Shown here: piece after piece, positions 60,963 to 64,000 of the stretch
Layout: every line of letters starts with the position of its first letter
Position numbering within the stretch: position 1 is the first letter of the stretch
NCBI GenBank assembly: GCA_963666275.2
Contig: CAXXOA010000002.1
Location: forward strand, 704,001-768,000
Length of the DNA stretch: 64,000 nucleotides
Source of the DNA: Oceanispirochaeta sp.
GTDB lineage: Bacteria > Spirochaetota > Spirochaetia > DSM-2461
Direction: 5' to 3'
Position numbers and translations under genes: made by a program
Notes under the pieces: model-generated
What the model saw: only the letters and a program-made list of their open reading frames with translations
Database searches by the model: none
What the model was told of the DNA's origin: nothing

Positions 60963-62345
60963 CTAGGCTACAGTGCGTTTCAGTCTCTCTCCCTGCTGAT
61001 GCCTTTGATCCAGGTTTCTCATTTCAAAGAAAGTTGCTGTGACTGTCACCAGGACTGCAAGAAAGTCCGCCGTGGGGAATGCCGCCCATACTCCGTTCAG
61101 TCCGAAAATCCGGGGCAGAATCAGAGCTGCCGGGATCAGGAAAAGGAAGGTCCGGGAGGTTCCCAGCAGCAGTGAGACTCTTCCCTTGCCGACCGCCTGA
61201 AAGTAGGTGGCTGAAACAATCTGAATACTGATGATGGGCATCAGGAGAGACATTATTTTCAGAGCGTGAACACTCCTTTCTATTAAAACGGGGTCGGTTG
61301 TAAAAAGACCTACAAGCAGGTCCGGGTTCATCCGGACAATAACATAGAAGAAGAGGGCAATGGATGTCCCCGAGATGATAGCCAGGAAGAGTATTCCCTT
61401 TACTCTATCGTAAAGTTTGGCTCCGTAGTTGTACCCGGCAATGGGCTGAAATCCCATGGCAATCCCCACCATGGGCATAAAAATGAAAGAAAGGAGTCGC
61501 TGAAGAATCCCATAGGTGGAGACCGCCAGGTCTCCTCCCAGTCTTCCTGCGGTAGTAATAATCACTGTGGCGACAATACTGGTTCCGGTGGACTGAACAA
61601 AGTTGGGTATCCCGAGGATTGTCATCTCTTTCAGAAGGGAAGGCTTGATGCGGAAGTCGGATTTTTCCAGTCTCAGCAGAGATTTTTTCCGTGCGTAGAA
61701 CTGAAAAGCCCATAGGAATGAGAAGAACTGGCTTATAATGGTTGCCAGAGCGGCTCCCCTGACTCCCAGATGAAAAACAAAGATCATGATGGGATCCAGA
61801 ATTATGTTGAGGATCAGTCCAATGAGCATGCAGTTCATGGCTGTTCTGGCATTCCCTTCCGACCGGATCAGACTGTTGGCTCCCATGGACATTCCGAAAA
61901 AGGTAAATCCCCAGATAATGGTTCTCATATAGGTAGCCGCATAGGGCATTATCGCATTAGAAGATCCGAATATCCTCAGTATGGGGGTCAGAAATAGCTG
62001 CAGCAGAAGAGATAGGGCTATCCCTCCGATCAGAAGTGTGGTCACGGCAGTACCGAAGGCGCGTGTCGCTTCTTCGGGTCGTTTTTCTCCCAGTCTTCTT
62101 GAAATAATGGACGCCGCTCCGGTGGCAACCATCAGCGCCAGGCCCTGGAAGATCATCTGGATGGGGAAGGCTATGGAGAGCCCCGCAATGGCCATGGAGC
62201 CGACACCGCGGCCCACGAAAATGGTATCGGTGATATTATACAGAGCCGCAACCATCATACCTATAATGGTGGGTACAGACATTTTTATAAGCAGGGGAAA
62301 GAGTTTCTGTTCTCCCATAAAGGCTGATTTATCTTGCTCTTGCAT
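60963..62345 (-). CDS. MATE efflux transporter (MepA-like)
   Basis: YNITDTIFVG, RSEGNA, NIILDPI, GVRGAALAT, QPIAGYNYGAK. Confidence 0.93.
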   Translation of the reverse strand: MQEQDKSAFMGEQKLFPLLIKMSVPTIIGMMVAALYNITDTIFVGRGVGSMAIAGLSIAFPIQMIFQGLALMVATGAASIISRRLGEKRPEEATRAFGTAVTTLLIGGIALSLLLQLFLTPILRIFGSSNAIMPYAATYMRTIIWGFTFFGMSMGANSLIRSEGNARTAMNCMLIGLILNIILDPIMIFVFHLGVRGAALATIISQFFSFLWAFQFYARKKSLLRLEKSDFRIKPSLLKEMTILGIPNFVQSTGTSIVATVIITTAGRLGGDLAVSTYGILQRLLSFIFMPMVGIAMGFQPIAGYNYGAKLYDRVKGILFLAIISGTSIALFFYVIVRMNPDLLVGLFTTDPVLIERSVHALKIMSLLMPIISIQIVSATYFQAVGKGRVSLLLGTSRTFLFLIPAALILPRIFGLNGVWAAFPTADFLAVLVTVTATFFEMRNLDQRHQQGERLKRTVA

Positions 62346-62793
62346 GTTTTTTTTCCTCTAATTTTGCTGAAACATTCCGGAGGGTTTTCAGAGCCGCAAG
62401 GAGATCCTCCGCCTCCTGATCCTCCAGAAGCTGAATATTTTCAAAAATATGGTTTTCAAATCTGATATCCGCCTGGTCTGTCAGGCTGATACCCTGGTCG
62501 GTGATGGAGACTTTGACCTGTCTTCTGTCCTGCTCTGATCTTTTCCGGATCGCCAGGCCCGTATCAATGAGTTTATCGACAACCTGGGTCAGGGATCCTT
62601 TGATCATACCCAGACTGCTGCCCAGTTCCTTCATCGTCAGATCTCCCTTGTCTCTCAGGACAAGCAGAGCCCGCAGCTGGGTCATGTTTACCTTGGAGTC
62701 CTCGGGAAGTTTCAGATCATACATAAGTGTATGAACGAAACGCTTCGGAGTCTGAATAAACAGATAGGCTTCATCTCTTGTTGGTTTTTCCAT
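62329..62793 (-). CDS. MarR-family regulator
   Basis: KGSLTQVVDKLIDTGL...DRRQVKVSIT; overlaps MATE start. Confidence 0.9.
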   Translation of the reverse strand: MEKPTRDEAYLFIQTPKRFVHTLMYDLKLPEDSKVNMTQLRALLVLRDKGDLTMKELGSSLGMIKGSLTQVVDKLIDTGLAIRKRSEQDRRQVKVSITDQGISLTDQADIRFENHIFENIQLLEDQEAEDLLAALKTLRNVSAKLEEKKHARAR

Positions 62794-62839
62794 ATCTCTA
62801 CCACCTGGATAGTCTCAAAATAAATAGTTTATATTTAAA

Positions 62840-62857
62840 TAGTCTATAATAAGACTA
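62840..62857. promoter_or_regulatory. Putative MarR operator
   Basis: TAGTCT-ATAATA-AGACTA palindrome upstream of marR-MATE. Confidence 0.55.
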
Positions 62858-63042
62858 ATATAGTGAGTCCGGATGTATGAGTCAAGAGGATTTCATCCCA
62901 ACCGGAAAGTTTTACATAAAGTGTCTCTGAACTGATCCTCAGGGAACTCCTCCCATAGGCAGCACCCGCGGGGAGCCATATTAATGATCCATTCATCAGA
63001 ATTGTGGTAGATAGAGAAAAAGAGGCAATGATATGATAGGTC

Positions 63043-64000
63043 ATGATCGGAGATTTTACATATACCGGATTATTCCTTTCTTTCTTTATTGCATCCGGCG
63101 GGATGACCTCCATGGTGATCTCTCTACTGATCTTCCTTTCTATCAGGGAGAAACAGCTGTTTCACTATCTCCATGGGGGATTCTTCTTTGTATTCGGATT
63201 CTGTATTCTCTGTGACCCCTACTCCCGGCTGGGAACAGAGAGCTTCGCTCCCTATCTCCTTTATATGAATTACCCTTTAATCTTTCTTGTGGGGCCTTTC
63301 TTCTACTATTATTTCCGGAGCCTTATGGACAGGAAATTTTCTTTTTCGGTGAGACACATTTTTTCATTGATACCTTTTTTAATCACTCTGATCATTTTCA
63401 TTCCCTATTATGTCAAATCCAATGAAGAGAAAATTGCTCTGTTTCCTTTGAATGGGATTTCAGACGGGGTAGTGAAGACACTCTACAGGATTATCGAACT
63501 GAGTATGTTCCCCTGGAGCCTGGTGTGGGTACTGTTTGCCATATACCGTTTCTGGAACCGTTACTATTACATTAAGGATAATCATGACAGAGCGGTGAAA
63601 TTCGCATCCATCTATCTCCTGGGCAGTCTGGTTGTGATGATGGTTATTCTGGTTACCGATGCTCTGAATCTCTTCCAATATTACACATTCGGTATTCTGG
63701 GTCTCATTCTGATCATGCTGTTCCTTGGGGTAGTCACATTCCGGTATCCCCACTTTTTTATTCAGGTCAGAATGGAATCGAGCGCCGCCAGGTATGCCAA
63801 GTCCCGATTGTCCAAACCGGTTGCAGACGATGTTGTTGAGAGGATTGAAGACCTTATGAGTCTGGAGAGGATCTATGAGAACCCGGATCTGACCATCAAT
63901 GATTTAAGCCGCAGTCTGAAAATCACTCCCCGGGAACTTTCGGAGATCATAAATACCCGGTACCAGAAAAATTTCAGGAATTTTATCAATGCCCACAGGG
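63043..64000 (+). CDS. Membrane-anchored AraC-family regulator (runs off window; absent from ORF track)
   Basis: Manual translation from ATG 63043: multi-TM N-terminus (LVGPFFYYY), then RYAKSRL...IYENPDLTINDLSRSL...LSEIINTRYQKNFRNFINAHR. Confidence 0.85.
   Translation, partial: MIGDFTYTGLFLSFFIASGGMTSMVISLLIFLSIREKQLFHYLHGGFFFVFGFCILCDPYSRLGTESFAPYLLYMNYPLIFLVGPFFYYYFRSLMDRKFSFSVRHIFSLIPFLITLIIFIPYYVKSNEEKIALFPLNGISDGVVKTLYRIIELSMFPWSLVWVLFAIYRFWNRYYYIKDNHDRAVKFASIYLLGSLVVMMVILVTDALNLFQYYTFGILGLILIMLFLGVVTFRYPHFFIQVRMESSAARYAKSRLSKPVADDVVERIEDLMSLERIYENPDLTINDLSRSLKITPRELSEIINTRYQKNFRNFINAHR

Noticed and set aside
63033..63215. 60-aa ORF from the track
   Set aside because: The real gene is the overlapping frame from ATG 63043 (membrane AraC), which runs past the window end
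1..64000. CRISPR array, tRNA/rRNA, IS, prophage or defence system
   Set aside because: No regularly spaced repeats, cloverleaf signatures, or transposase, integrase, nuclease or cas motifs found by eye; dedicated searches were not run

Overview
Gene-dense bacterial chromosomal window with about 55 CDS. The genes suggest a free-living anaerobic spirochaete (Spirochaetaceae-like); this is inferred from protein styles such as the 'FAQGGQD' solute-binding-protein signal and the CsgG/PEGA protein, and is not proven. I saw no rRNA, tRNA, CRISPR array, transposase, integrase or phage gene. Main contents: tandem DEAD-box helicases (RhlE-like and DbpA); class I FBP aldolase; a FadR-regulated TRAP sugar-acid catabolic operon; two YczE-family paralogues flanking a glycoside hydrolase and a GGDEF gene; adenosine deaminase; an M20 amidohydrolase; hemerythrin; a doubly flavinylated extracytosolic flavin reductase with its LysR, next to a membrane ferredoxin-FNR fusion; a fucose-isomerase-like orphan; and a dense c-di-GMP/two-component set (4 GGDEF, 2 REC-HD-GYP, 2 hybrid kinases) plus MarR-efflux modules. 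Most notable observations seen directly in the sequence: (i) a 41-nt two-hairpin direct repeat at 13411 and 16062; (ii) a frameshift at a C7 tract in a REC-HD-GYP gene; (iii) an in-frame TGA in the 5' part of a diguanylate cyclase; (iv) a recurring leaderless-type gene start; (v) a flavinylated reductase with a non-fumarate active site. I cannot claim a clearly new system; these are the best leads.
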